Assembly: GCA_016787995.1 (NCBI GenBank) | Contig: JAEUTB010000197.1 | Location: 1 to 60,553, forward strand | Direction: 5' to 3' | Length of the DNA stretch: 60,553 nt | Source: Flavobacteriales bacterium | GTDB lineage: Bacteria; Bacteroidota; Bacteroidia; Flavobacteriales_F; PHOS-HE28 | In this document: positions 18,726 through 28,116 of the stretch, piece after piece | Position numbering within the stretch: the stretch's first letter is position 1 | How the letters are laid out: every line of letters starts with the position of its first letter | Notes under the pieces: generated by a model | Databases searched by the model: none | The model's input: only the letters and a program-made list of their open reading frames with translations | Told to the model about the DNA's origin: nothing | Program-made: the position numbers and the translations under genes

Positions 18726-18743
18726 CGTTCGAATTCGTTCGAA
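18724..18743. repeat. Perfect tandem duplication of a 10-mer (ttcgttcgaa x2)
   Basis: Read directly: 18724..18733 and 18734..18743 are identical, and each contains the TTCGAA palindrome. The repeat lies about 80 nt upstream of the WD40 gene. Confidence 0.9.
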
Positions 18744-18823
18744 CGCTGAGGACATTAGAATTTGTAGATCTGTACTCAAACAAGTCACATCTGCATGCCG
18801 AGCTTGTTCACCATCTTGCGATC

Positions 18824-19729
18824 GTGAACCGGAAGCCGCAGTTGACATATCTAGGCCATAGAGCAGCCATCTATTCGCTTTGCCAAGGGTTGGAACAGGG
18901 GGCATTCCTCAGCGCCGGTGGTGATGGGATCGTGGTGCGTTGGCAGGTGGACGCACCCAACGATGGACATGGCTTAGTGAACGTGGGTGAGCCCGTCTTC
19001 AGCTTACAATTGATCGAACGGCGTTCCCTCTTGTTGATCGGAACCGGCTCCGGGCGCTTGGTGATCGTGGACCTACACACACGTCGAGAGGTCCAGGCGC
19101 ACAGCGCACACACGAAGGGCATTTTCCGGATCACGCTGCTGGACGACCATGCACTCGCCTGCGCAGGCGGCGACGGCACATTGAGCATCTGGCGCTTTAC
19201 CGATGATCTTTCCTCCCCATTGACTTTATCTCGGCGCATCCCCCTGTGTGAAGAGAAACTGCGCGATATCGTCCTCTCCTCCGACCACCAGCGGATGATC
19301 GTGGCTTGCGGCGATGGGTCGCTACGCGAATTGGACCTTCCCCTATTGAACGAACGTCAGCGCTTTGATGGTCATGCGAATGGAGCCAACTGCGCGGCCT
19401 TGCATCCCTCCAAGCCGGTGATGGTGAGTGGCGGTAAGGATGGGCAGGTGAAGATCTGGCACGCTGATGGGCGCCTTGCCCTGGAATGGCCAGCCCACAA
19501 AGGTTCGGTCTATGCCACATCATTCGACCCTTCTGGTCGATACCTGGTCACCGCAGGTCGCGATGCCTTGTTGAAGGTCTGGGATGCCAACACGTTGGAT
19601 GTCGTGGTCCGTTCCAACCGGGAGAAGAACGCCCACACCCATTCGATCAACGCCTTGTTTTGGGTCGGTGATGTGCTGCTAACCGCCAGTGATGACAGGC
19701 GTGTGCAGGGTTGGAGGCTTCCCGATTGA
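18824..19729 (+). CDS. WD40 repeat protein
   Basis: About 7 repeats carrying GH...D/W-type signatures (GGDGIVVRWQV, GGDGTLSIWRF, GGKDGQVKIWH, AGRDALLKVWD, SDDRRVQGWR). GTG start. Confidence 0.8.
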   Translation: MNRKPQLTYLGHRAAIYSLCQGLEQGAFLSAGGDGIVVRWQVDAPNDGHGLVNVGEPVFSLQLIERRSLLLIGTGSGRLVIVDLHTRREVQAHSAHTKGIFRITLLDDHALACAGGDGTLSIWRFTDDLSSPLTLSRRIPLCEEKLRDIVLSSDHQRMIVACGDGSLRELDLPLLNERQRFDGHANGANCAALHPSKPVMVSGGKDGQVKIWHADGRLALEWPAHKGSVYATSFDPSGRYLVTAGRDALLKVWDANTLDVVVRSNREKNAHTHSINALFWVGDVLLTASDDRRVQGWRLPD

Positions 19730-19735
19730 TCCGGA

Positions 19736-20725
19736 TCAACCCCAATTCTTCACGTACCATGGCACGGCCTTGCGCAGACCCGCTATAAGGTCGATGGATG
19801 GTGCATAGCCCAGCAATTCCTTGGCCTTGCTGATGTCGGCAAGGGAGTCACGGATATCGCCGGCACGTTCCTCGATGAACTTCATGCCTACTTCCGCGAT
19901 CGCCGGATCCACAGAAGCCAACTCGCTCTGCAAGGCCTTTACCAACTCGACCAAGGTGGTGCGCGCACCGAATGCCACGTTGAACACTTCGCCTACGCAA
20001 CGTGGATCAGCTGCGTCCAAGGCCTGAACGATAACCTGCGCCACGTTGCCCACGTAGGTGAAATCGCGCGATTGCAGACCATCGCCGTGTATCTGGGGTG
20101 GCTGGTGCTTGAGGAAGTTCCGGATGAACTTCGGGATGGCCGCGGCATAGGGACCTTCCGGGTCCTGCCGTTCGCCGAACACGTTGAAGAAGCGCAACCC
20201 GATGGTATCAAAGCCGTGCAGTCTCGTGTAAAGTTGCGCGTACACTTCGTTGGTCACTTTCGTCACGGCGTACGGCGAAAGCGGAAGACCGATGTTCGGC
20301 TCTCGCTTCGGGAGTTCCTTGGAATCGCCGTAGACGCTTGAGCTTGATGCGTACACGAATCGCTTCACCCCCTCGAACCGGGCCGCTTCAAGCATGTGAA
20401 GGAAGCCGGTGAGGTTGGTGGCGTGAGTGGCCAAGGGATCCTTGATCGAACGTGGCACGGAGCCCAAGGCCGCCAGGTGAACCACACCTTCCACCCCATC
20501 TACCGCTCTGGCGCAATCAGCCGCGTTGCGGATATCACCTTCCATGAACTCGAACTCCGGAAGGCCTTCCAAATGAGCGATGTTGTCCTGCTTGCTCGTG
20601 GCCAGGTTATCCATGCAGCGCACGGTGTGGCCTGCTGCTAGCAGCGCATCACAGGCGTGGCTGCCAATGAAACCCGCACCACCGGTCACGAGGATGTGGC
20701 GAGGATGGTTGGAATTCATGGTCAA
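19736..20725 (-). CDS. NAD-dependent nucleotide-sugar epimerase (WbpP/TviC-like UDP-GlcNAc(A) 4-epimerase family)
   Basis: GGAGFIGSH Rossmann motif and SPYAVTK (YxxxK). Overall resembles extended SDR 4-epimerases. Confidence 0.88.
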   Translation of the reverse strand: MTMNSNHPRHILVTGGAGFIGSHACDALLAAGHTVRCMDNLATSKQDNIAHLEGLPEFEFMEGDIRNAADCARAVDGVEGVVHLAALGSVPRSIKDPLATHATNLTGFLHMLEAARFEGVKRFVYASSSSVYGDSKELPKREPNIGLPLSPYAVTKVTNEVYAQLYTRLHGFDTIGLRFFNVFGERQDPEGPYAAAIPKFIRNFLKHQPPQIHGDGLQSRDFTYVGNVAQVIVQALDAADPRCVGEVFNVAFGARTTLVELVKALQSELASVDPAIAEVGMKFIEERAGDIRDSLADISKAKELLGYAPSIDLIAGLRKAVPWYVKNWG

Positions 20726-20813
20726 TGGTGCGCGCTGCGCCGACCCCGGCGCCGCGTCAAAAGTAGCGGAGTAGGCCGAAGATGTTCCCCACTTCCCAGA
20801 AGGATCTCCATGA

Positions 20814-21494
20814 TCAGCCTTTGATCGCGGCCCCGTACCAGATGGTGCGGAGTTTCCTGGGGATCAAAGGCATGATCAACGCATCGAAACGGGCGAGCAC
20901 GTCACGCTGCCTCTCGGTGCGCCCCAGGTTGGCGATGAAGCCCGTGGTGCCTTCCTCCAGACGTTGGAACGCGGCAAAAAGGTCGCCGTCGTCCACCGGA
21001 TCCAGGTAGCGCCAATAACTACTCCAACTGACGAACCGGCGACGCAACAAGCCGTGCACGGGACTTCCATGAAGGTTTTCGGCGAAGAGCAGGACTCCAC
21101 CTGGTTTCAGAACACGGTGCATCTCGCGGATCGCTTGCCGCTGGAGGTCTTTCGCGCCCAGTGCACCTATCACACTCTTGAAGATGACCACATCGTACGA
21201 GGCTTCAGCGAATGGAAGTGCGGTAGCGTCCGCTTGTCGGTAATGAATGTGGTCGGCGACGCCGTATCGTTCGTGCAGCATCCGCGTCTCTGGAGGGAAG
21301 GGTCGCAGGTCCGTACAGGTGACCTCAAGACCTTCACCAGCCAGCCACAGGCTGAGTCCCCCACCGCGTTCTCCTATGGCGAGGCACTTCGCGGGACGTT
21401 GCTCCGGGAGGTGGTTCCGCCAGAGCGGCAGGGCGTTCGACCAGCTGCGGACCTCCCATTGGAAGATGTCCTGCAGCGGGATGCCGGTGTCCAT
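20814..21494 (-). CDS. Class I SAM-dependent methyltransferase
   Basis: Motif I-like LAIGERGGGLSLWLA and post-I/III LKPGGVLLFAE. Confidence 0.8.
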   Translation of the reverse strand: MDTGIPLQDIFQWEVRSWSNALPLWRNHLPEQRPAKCLAIGERGGGLSLWLAGEGLEVTCTDLRPFPPETRMLHERYGVADHIHYRQADATALPFAEASYDVVIFKSVIGALGAKDLQRQAIREMHRVLKPGGVLLFAENLHGSPVHGLLRRRFVSWSSYWRYLDPVDDGDLFAAFQRLEEGTTGFIANLGRTERQRDVLARFDALIMPLIPRKLRTIWYGAAIKG

Positions 21495-21500
21495 GGTGCA

Positions 21501-21532
21501 AAGAAAAGAGGCGACACGCTGGTGTCGCCTCT
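21501..21532 (-). terminator. Rho-independent terminator of rny
   Basis: agaggcgacac-gctg-gtgtcgcctct is a perfect 11-bp stem. On the minus strand it is followed by ttttctttg. Confidence 0.75.
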
Positions 21533-21600
21533 TCGGTCTTCCTTCTAAGGAGGTGGTACGGTGGGTCAGGCGCCTTCCGAGCTGGATCCGCTTGGCCGTA

Positions 21601-23142
21601 TCACTTAGCCACGGCTACCGAGCGCTTCTCGCGGATCACGGTGATCTTCACCTGCCCCGGATAGGTCATCTCGTTCATGATGCGGTCGGCGATGCTCAAG
21701 CTCATCTCGTCGCTCTGCGCGTCGGTGATGCGTTCGCTTTCAACCATGACCCGCAACTCACGACCGGCCTGGATCGCGAAGGCCTTGGTGACCCCGCTAT
21801 AGCTCATCGCCAGGCTTTCCAAGTCCTTCAGACGTTGGATGTAAGCTTCCGTGGCTTCACGACGTGCACCGGGACGGGCGCCGCTGATGGCGTCGCAGGC
21901 CTGAACGATGGGTGACAACAAGGTGGTCATTTCGATCTCGTCGTGGTGAGCACCGATCGCATTGCACACATCGGGCTTCTCGCCGTACTTCTCGGCCAGC
22001 TTCATGCCCAATAAGGCGTGCGGCAATTCCGGTTCCTCATCGGGTACCTTACCGATGTCGTGCAAGAGTCCTGCGCGCTTGGCCGCTTTGGGATTCAAAC
22101 CCAATTCGGCGGCCATGATAGCGCTGAGGTTGGCCACTTCGCGGCTATGCTGCAAGAGGTTCTGACCGTACGAACTGCGGTACTTCATGCGGCCCACCAT
22201 GCGGATGAGCTCACCATGCAACCCATGGATGCCCAGGTCGATGCAGGTGCGTTTACCCGTTTCGATGATCTCCTCCTCCAGGTGCTTCTTGGTCTTGGCC
22301 ACGATCTCCTCGATACGCGCAGGGTGGATACGTCCATCCTTCACCAATTGGTGCAGGGCCAGGCGGGCCACTTCGCGACGCACCGCGTCGAAACAACTGA
22401 GGATGATGGCCCCAGGTGTATCGTCCACGATGATCTCCACGCCGGTCATCTCCTCCAAGGTCCGGATGTTACGGCCTTCGCGACCGATGATACGACCCTT
22501 CACATCGTCGTTCTCGATGTGGAACACGCTTACGCTGTTCTCCACCGCATGTTCCGTGGCCACCCGTTGGATGGTCTGGATCACGATGCGTTTGGCTTCC
22601 TTGTTCGCGGTGAGCTTGGCTTCCTCGGTGATGTCCTTGATGGTGGCCATGGCCGCCGTGCGGGCCTCGTCCTTCAAGCTCTCCACCAGGTGTTTCTTGG
22701 CATCCTCGGCGTTCATGCCACTGATGTTCTCGAGCATCTGCACCTGTTTCGCGTGCATCTTTTCGGTCTCCTCCCGGCGACGCTCCAAGCCGGTGAGCTT
22801 CTGCTGCAGCTCCTCCTTCAGCTTATCCACCTGCTTGTCCTTGTTCGCTAGGTCCTGCTGCTGGCGGCTAAGCTGTTGTTCACGTTGCTTGGCCTTCTCC
22901 TGGGCCTGGCTCACGGCACGTTCACGCTCACGTACTTCCTTCTCGTGCTCTTCCTTCAGCTGAAGGAATTTCTCCTTTGCTTGAATGATCTTCTCCTTCT
23001 TCAAGGCCTCGGCCTGCACTTCGGCCTCTTTGATGATGCCTACGCTGCGCTTCTTCATCGCCGCGTTCAGTACCATGTAAACGATCGCGCCTCCGGCCAC
23101 CAAGCCAGCGAGGATCCCGATCAAAACGCTCATCATGTCCAT
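21601..23142 (-). CDS. rny: Ribonuclease Y
   Basis: N-terminal TM, Lys/Glu coiled coil, KH domain ([12 protein letters not shown]) and HD domain (LLHDIGK ... GAHHDE). Confidence 0.95.
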   Translation of the reverse strand: MDMMSVLIGILAGLVAGGAIVYMVLNAAMKKRSVGIIKEAEVQAEALKKEKIIQAKEKFLQLKEEHEKEVRERERAVSQAQEKAKQREQQLSRQQQDLANKDKQVDKLKEELQQKLTGLERRREETEKMHAKQVQMLENISGMNAEDAKKHLVESLKDEARTAAMATIKDITEEAKLTANKEAKRIVIQTIQRVATEHAVENSVSVFHIENDDVKGRIIGREGRNIRTLEEMTGVEIIVDDTPGAIILSCFDAVRREVARLALHQLVKDGRIHPARIEEIVAKTKKHLEEEIIETGKRTCIDLGIHGLHGELIRMVGRMKYRSSYGQNLLQHSREVANLSAIMAAELGLNPKAAKRAGLLHDIGKVPDEEPELPHALLGMKLAEKYGEKPDVCNAIGAHHDEIEMTTLLSPIVQACDAISGARPGARREATEAYIQRLKDLESLAMSYSGVTKAFAIQAGRELRVMVESERITDAQSDEMSLSIADRIMNEMTYPGQVKITVIREKRSVAVAK

Positions 23143-23211
23143 AGTTCCACGTATGTTAAGTGGACCATGTCGGCACCTACGTCAGGGCCCGTTCCGGGGC
23201 GAGGGCAACGG

Positions 23212-23493
23212 TCAAACGTGAAGATCAGCGAGCATGCGTTCGATGGCCCCCAATGTGGCATCGACATCGGCCTCTTGGCGTGTGGTGCTGCTGTTCAACG
23301 CACGCACGGTGACTTCCAAGGCGGCCATCGCTAGTAGGTCCTGCTTGTCGGTCAACGGGTAGTTGGCCTTCAAACGGGCTATGCTCTCATTGATCTCCTC
23401 CACGGCACCACGCACGTTCGCTTCTTCCGATGCTTGTATCGTAAGCGGATATGCGCGTCCCGCGAGTTCGACTCTGATCGATCGTTCTTCCAT
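23212..23493 (-). CDS. zapA: Cell division protein ZapA
   Basis: 93 aa. IRVELAGRAYPLTIQASEE matches the ZapA N-terminal pattern. The gene lies upstream of rny. Confidence 0.85.
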   Translation of the reverse strand: MEERSIRVELAGRAYPLTIQASEEANVRGAVEEINESIARLKANYPLTDKQDLLAMAALEVTVRALNSSTTRQEADVDATLGAIERMLADLHV

Positions 23494-23510
23494 GGGTGCG
23501 TTCTACCAGG

Positions 23511-23810
23511 CTAAGCTTTCAAGAGGGCCAAGCATTGGTCTATCTCGTTCACCAATTCGTCGATCCGTTCCTTCGTTCCCGGCTCGGTCGTTCCGCCACC
23601 AGCGGACCGCCCTTTCCGTAGGACCTCGTTCTCCCGTTCCAGCTCGGTCACGCGAGCGCGCAACACATCCACTTTCCGGTGTTGGTCGCGCACATCTGCT
23701 TCCAGTTCGGCCGCTTTTGTACGCAATGCTTGGTGCTCCCGTGCCAAACGGGTCACCTGCTCGTGTACTGCTTTCAAGCGGTCGGTCAGCGTGTTCATCG
23801 TGCCGGACAA
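23511..23810 (-). CDS. Small coiled-coil protein (ZapB-like by composition)
   Basis: 99 aa, heptad-rich (ELEADVRDQHRKVDVLRARVTELERENEVLRK). Its stop lies 17 nt upstream of the zapA start. Confidence 0.7.
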   Translation of the reverse strand: MSGTMNTLTDRLKAVHEQVTRLAREHQALRTKAAELEADVRDQHRKVDVLRARVTELERENEVLRKGRSAGGGTTEPGTKERIDELVNEIDQCLALLKA

Positions 23811-23975
23811 GAGTCCTAACAGGGTCCGAGGTCAAAGATAGGATCGCCGCCCTCTTGCGCATGCCTTTTGTTTGAACGCCAAGGTGTTCATCAGGTAAAG
23901 CCAATCCGTTGGAACCTACTTGGATCACCGGCCTAGCTTGCGCCTCCTAAGCTCCATTCCTCCCCTCCCGTCCGA

Positions 23976-25718
23976 ATGACCCTTGTAGATCACCTCCCAC
24001 GCGCATCTTTCAATGCTCTGGTAGCTAGTCTTTTATGTGCTGGATGGGCCACTGCCCAGCAAGCGCCTGTCCGGTTCATCCCGCCCATGGACCACGCCAT
24101 CGAGCTCAGCGGGAACTTCATGGAACCGCGGGGAGACCATTTCCATTCGGGACTGGACATCCGCACCCAAGGCAAGGAAGGTCTGCCCGTGAAAGCCGTG
24201 GCCGACGGATGGATCAGCCGCATCAAGATCAGTCCCTGGGGCTACGGCAAGGCCGTGTACATCGACCACCCCGATGGCCATACCTCCGTGTACGGCCATC
24301 TACAAACCCTGAAGGGCACGGTGGCTAAGGCCTGCTTGGACGCACAATACCGCCAGAAGGACTTCAGCATCGACTTTACCCCGGAAAAGGGTGCCGTGCC
24401 GGTGAAACAGGGTGAAGTGATCGCGCTCAGCGGGAATACGGGAGGCAGTGGTGGTCCCCACCTTCATTTCGAACTGCGACGGACCGGTGATCAGCATGCC
24501 TTGGATCCAGAAGCGCTTGGCATCGAGGTGCCCGACAAGATCAAGCCTGAGATGATCGGTGTGCGACTGTACCCGCTCAACGATAGTTCCCTCGTGGGCC
24601 CCTACCCGCCCAAAGCCAAGGGTTTCGCCACAGAAGGCTCCGATGGGCGCTACACCTTGAAAGCGGGTGCGGTAGCCAGCGCCTATGGCACCTTCGGCCT
24701 TGCTCTTCACACGATCGATCGGTATGATGGTCTTGCCGCCAAATGCGGCGTTCGAAGGATCGAGCTTTTCGTGGACAGCGTTCCCACCTTCAGTATCGTG
24801 TTCGACGAGATCGACTTCAACACCACGCGGTATTGCAACGCCCACATGGACTACGCCTTGTTCAAAGGCAGTAAAATGGAATACCACCGGTGCTACAAAC
24901 AGCCCAACGACAAGCTCCGGATCTACGGTAAGGAGGAAGCCCAGGGCCGCATCGCCATAGCACCAGGCCAGCAGCGGCACATCCGGTTCAAGGCCACGGA
25001 CGCCAACGGCAATACGAGTGAGCTCACCTTCGTGGTGAAAGGCGCTAGTGCTGCGGAAGCTCGCGCATGGGCACCAACGACCGAGCCCATGGGTAGCCTT
25101 TTCCGATACGATACGGAGAACGTGTTGAAGGAAGATGGCGTGTCCTTGACCCTACCCCCTTTGGCCCTCTACGATGACACATACGTGCGCTACGAACGCA
25201 AGGTGGCCCCTGGGCGTGCGTTGGCACCATTGCATGTATTGCACGAACCGCTCACCCCCCTGCAGATCGGAGGTATGCTGCGCATCGAGGTTCCCGAACT
25301 GGCCGAACCCCTGCAAAGCAAGGCCCTGGTGGTGCGCATCGATGCCGGGGGAAAGACCAACGCCGTGGGTGGCAGCACCTATTCCAACGGAGCCGTTTCG
25401 GCGAATGTCCGCACATTCGGTGGCTACACCGTGATGGTGGATACCGTGCCCCCGGTGATCACCAACGTGGACCTGAAACCGGACATGAAGGGGCGCTCCC
25501 GATTCACCATCAAGGTTAGTGATAACCTGAGCAGTGTGGAGAAGTGGAAGGCTACCTTGGATGGTGCTTGGGTCTTGATGGAGTACGAGCCGAAGACCAA
25601 GACACTGATGCACACCTTCGATGTGCACTCCGACAAGCCTGGGAACAAGACGTTCTTGCTAGAGGTGACCGATGAACGCGGCAATACGGCGCGTTTCGAG
25701 CAGAAGTTCAGTCATTGA
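23976..25718 (+). CDS. M23 family metallopeptidase
   Basis: HSGLDIRT ... GHLQ ... GGPHLHFELR (HxxxD and HxH zinc motifs), followed by a long C-terminal beta-rich extension. Confidence 0.9.
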   Translation: MTLVDHLPRASFNALVASLLCAGWATAQQAPVRFIPPMDHAIELSGNFMEPRGDHFHSGLDIRTQGKEGLPVKAVADGWISRIKISPWGYGKAVYIDHPDGHTSVYGHLQTLKGTVAKACLDAQYRQKDFSIDFTPEKGAVPVKQGEVIALSGNTGGSGGPHLHFELRRTGDQHALDPEALGIEVPDKIKPEMIGVRLYPLNDSSLVGPYPPKAKGFATEGSDGRYTLKAGAVASAYGTFGLALHTIDRYDGLAAKCGVRRIELFVDSVPTFSIVFDEIDFNTTRYCNAHMDYALFKGSKMEYHRCYKQPNDKLRIYGKEEAQGRIAIAPGQQRHIRFKATDANGNTSELTFVVKGASAAEARAWAPTTEPMGSLFRYDTENVLKEDGVSLTLPPLALYDDTYVRYERKVAPGRALAPLHVLHEPLTPLQIGGMLRIEVPELAEPLQSKALVVRIDAGGKTNAVGGSTYSNGAVSANVRTFGGYTVMVDTVPPVITNVDLKPDMKGRSRFTIKVSDNLSSVEKWKATLDGAWVLMEYEPKTKTLMHTFDVHSDKPGNKTFLLEVTDERGNTARFEQKFSH

Positions 25719-25793
25719 TCCCTATCGATCCACGTGAGCAGCTTGGTGTGCCATTCGGCGACAGTAGCTGTTCCCGGTACTCCTGAAAGCGAA

Positions 25794-25821
25794 GCGGGGC
25801 TCCTCTTGCAAGGAACCCCGC
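25794..25821. terminator. Hairpin between convergent genes (putative bidirectional terminator)
   Basis: gcggggctcc-tcttgcaa-ggaaccccgc is a 10-bp stem with one mismatch. There is no clear U-run. Confidence 0.5.
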
Positions 25822-25841
25822 TCATGGTGAAGGATGGTGGC

Positions 25842-26852
25842 TTACTCCACCACGAAACGACGGAGGCCTTGATCTCCATTACGCGCTGTGATGCGCAAAT
25901 GGTATACTCCCGATGACAGTGTGTGCACATCGAGCACCTGCCGGTCCACCCCGGAAGAGGCACCACGGGTTTCTTGATGAACGATACGACCCTGCGCGTC
26001 CATCACCGTGAAGTCGACGGCTCCTCCTTGGCTGCTGAACAGAACATTCAGATCATCGGTCGCGGGGACAGGGAATACATCGATGCCGATACTGTTCTCC
26101 AGTAGGTCTTGAACGGAAACATCGGCGCCATCGACCCATTGGGTATAGTTCACCTCCGTAGGAGTACCGAATGTGGCACTTGTGGTCTGATAGATCCCGA
26201 AGATCGGTCCGTGGAATCCCGGTTTGTAGAACACGTAGTGGTCGGATGCGTAAGTGAAATACGGAACGCCGCTCAACACGTCCTCGGAGAACTCGACGAC
26301 ATGGATGCGGATCACGTTCTCGACGGTGCCGAAAGGAAGTATCAATGTACCGGTACCATCTGCTTCACCCGTGATGGTGCCTGTACGCACTGCGGATTGT
26401 CCACCGCTGGTATAATTGGATCCGAAATCATCCGTCCATGTGGTGCCGAAGCTGCAGGGATACGGGAACAAGGTCTCCGCGTTGTTGTAGAACAGCGTAG
26501 TACCCGTCTGGCGGGCACCCAGCTGTAAGAGGCCAGTGCTTGTACTGTTGTAGAATACGTAAGATCCTGGTACACCAGGCACAGGAAGCGCCACAGTGGA
26601 GCCGGGAAAGCTGCTCGACACCCCGGTTGATGCCGGTGTTACATAGGCGAATGAAGTGGCTCCAAGGCTGACCAGATCGGAGTGGTCCCAAGTCTGCGAC
26701 GTACCCGCATTACCCTGTTCAACATAAGTGCCGCGTTGTACGGTGTAACTGTCACCTGGTACCGGTGCGGAGTTGGCCTGCGTCAAGGTTTGTGCTGGTA
26801 ATGCGCCTTGGAGGAGGAAGAATGACAGGACTAGCGTAACGTTACTTTTCAT
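25842..26852 (-). CDS. Secreted protein with T9SS type A C-terminal sorting domain
   Basis: Signal peptide MKSNVTLVLSFFLLQGALPAQ. The C-terminal roughly 80 aa (FPVPATDDLNV ... LSSGVYHLRITARNGDQGLRRFVVE) fits the Por secretion tail. ATG at 26852 is preferred over 26969. Confidence 0.85.
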   Translation of the reverse strand: MKSNVTLVLSFFLLQGALPAQTLTQANSAPVPGDSYTVQRGTYVEQGNAGTSQTWDHSDLVSLGATSFAYVTPASTGVSSSFPGSTVALPVPGVPGSYVFYNSTSTGLLQLGARQTGTTLFYNNAETLFPYPCSFGTTWTDDFGSNYTSGGQSAVRTGTITGEADGTGTLILPFGTVENVIRIHVVEFSEDVLSGVPYFTYASDHYVFYKPGFHGPIFGIYQTTSATFGTPTEVNYTQWVDGADVSVQDLLENSIGIDVFPVPATDDLNVLFSSQGGAVDFTVMDAQGRIVHQETRGASSGVDRQVLDVHTLSSGVYHLRITARNGDQGLRRFVVE

Positions 26853-27010
26853 GTGGGTTCGTTTGTAGCCGAATGTACGGATCCCTATTGTAGTGGCGTG
26901 AACGCCATTCCGTCGCCAGGTGTGTCGGTGGACAGCTGGTCGTGCCGTTACGTTCGAGCCACATCGCATTCAGTCCGATACGCTTGCTTCAAATGCTGCG
27001 TTATTCGATC

Positions 27011-27664
27011 ATGCGGAAACGTAGGCTCCTCTTCCTGAACCTGGCGTTGGTCGGCGGAACGCTCCTCGCCGTTCGGGCGTTGGCCCCCACCCCCATCCAC
27101 CTGCCGAATGACCGCATTGCGATGTTGCATGATGGCGATATCGTCTTCCAGCAGACCGGCGGTGAGCAGGGCCGTGCGGTACAGTTGGCCACTGGTTCGC
27201 CCTGGACGCATGTGGGGGTGCTATTCAAGGAAGAGGATCATTGGATGGTCTACGAAGCAGTGGGGCCGGTGGTAAACACTCCGTTTGAGGAATGGGTGAG
27301 CCATGGTGCCGAGGGCGCTTGGGTGGCCAAGCGGTGGGTGGATGCCGATGAGCAGCCACCGAACACCTTGCGGTCGGCCTTGATGAAGGCTGGGGCACGA
27401 TTCCATGGACTACCCTACGACCTGCAATTCCGGTGGGACGATGAAAGGATCTATTGCTCGGAACTGGTCTGGAAGATGTACGCCGAAGGCGCCGGTGTGC
27501 GCTTGTGTGAGCCGAAACCGTTGCGCGAGCACGCCTTGGGCTCGCCCATTGTGCAACAGGCGATGAAGGAGCGGTATGGCACCACACCTCCACTTGACGA
27601 ACCGATGATCGCGCCCGGGGCCTTGTTCAACTGCCCGCTGCTTCGGACAGTGGCCGAGGACTAA
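27011..27664 (+). CDS. YiiX/YaeF-like permuted papain-fold (NlpC/P60 superfamily) hydrolase
   Basis: DGDIVFQ ... SPWTHVGVLF ... YCSELVWKMY matches the pattern of YiiX family proteins. ATG at 27011. Confidence 0.8.
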   Translation: MRKRRLLFLNLALVGGTLLAVRALAPTPIHLPNDRIAMLHDGDIVFQQTGGEQGRAVQLATGSPWTHVGVLFKEEDHWMVYEAVGPVVNTPFEEWVSHGAEGAWVAKRWVDADEQPPNTLRSALMKAGARFHGLPYDLQFRWDDERIYCSELVWKMYAEGAGVRLCEPKPLREHALGSPIVQQAMKERYGTTPPLDEPMIAPGALFNCPLLRTVAED

Positions 27665-27700
27665 AGGTTCCATTCAAAGCACCTTGGTTAACTTGCCGCC

Positions 27701-28084
27701 ATGTTCCGTCCTGTGATCGGCGCTCTGGCCTTGGTCCTGTTGATGCCCGCCTGTAAAAAGGAAGAAGTGAAGGAATACACGGTTTCGTTGAAGGCTACCT
27801 GCTACGACTGTATCGTACAATACGCTTCCGGTCCTGATCGTGGACGTTTCGATACGCTCTTCGGTTCGGTGAACGGTTCGGACACCGTACGCACCACACG
27901 GAGCTACACCCTTACCATGCGGGAGGAAGAGGCCCTTTTCTTCAGGGCTTGCCGGCTTGAACCTGATAGCGGACGTTTCGGTCCGATAGAACTGTTGGCC
28001 GAAGGGGACATCCAGAGCGTGGTAGTGGAAGAGCCATTGGAGGCGGATTGCGCCGTGATCAATCAAGCCGTACAATTCCGCTGA
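27701..28084 (+). CDS. Small hypothetical lipoprotein
   Basis: Lipobox LLMPAC. 127 aa with no recognised family. Confidence 0.6.
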   Translation: MFRPVIGALALVLLMPACKKEEVKEYTVSLKATCYDCIVQYASGPDRGRFDTLFGSVNGSDTVRTTRSYTLTMREEEALFFRACRLEPDSGRFGPIELLAEGDIQSVVVEEPLEADCAVINQAVQFR

Positions 28085-28116
28085 CCGCCCACTTCGGCGA
28101 GGTCAGGCGACTCGGG

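Noticed and set aside
22018-22963. Two long plus-strand ORFs (277 and 258 aa) inside rny
   Set aside because: They are antisense to an unambiguous RNase Y gene, and their sequences are low-complexity Leu/His/Ser-rich.
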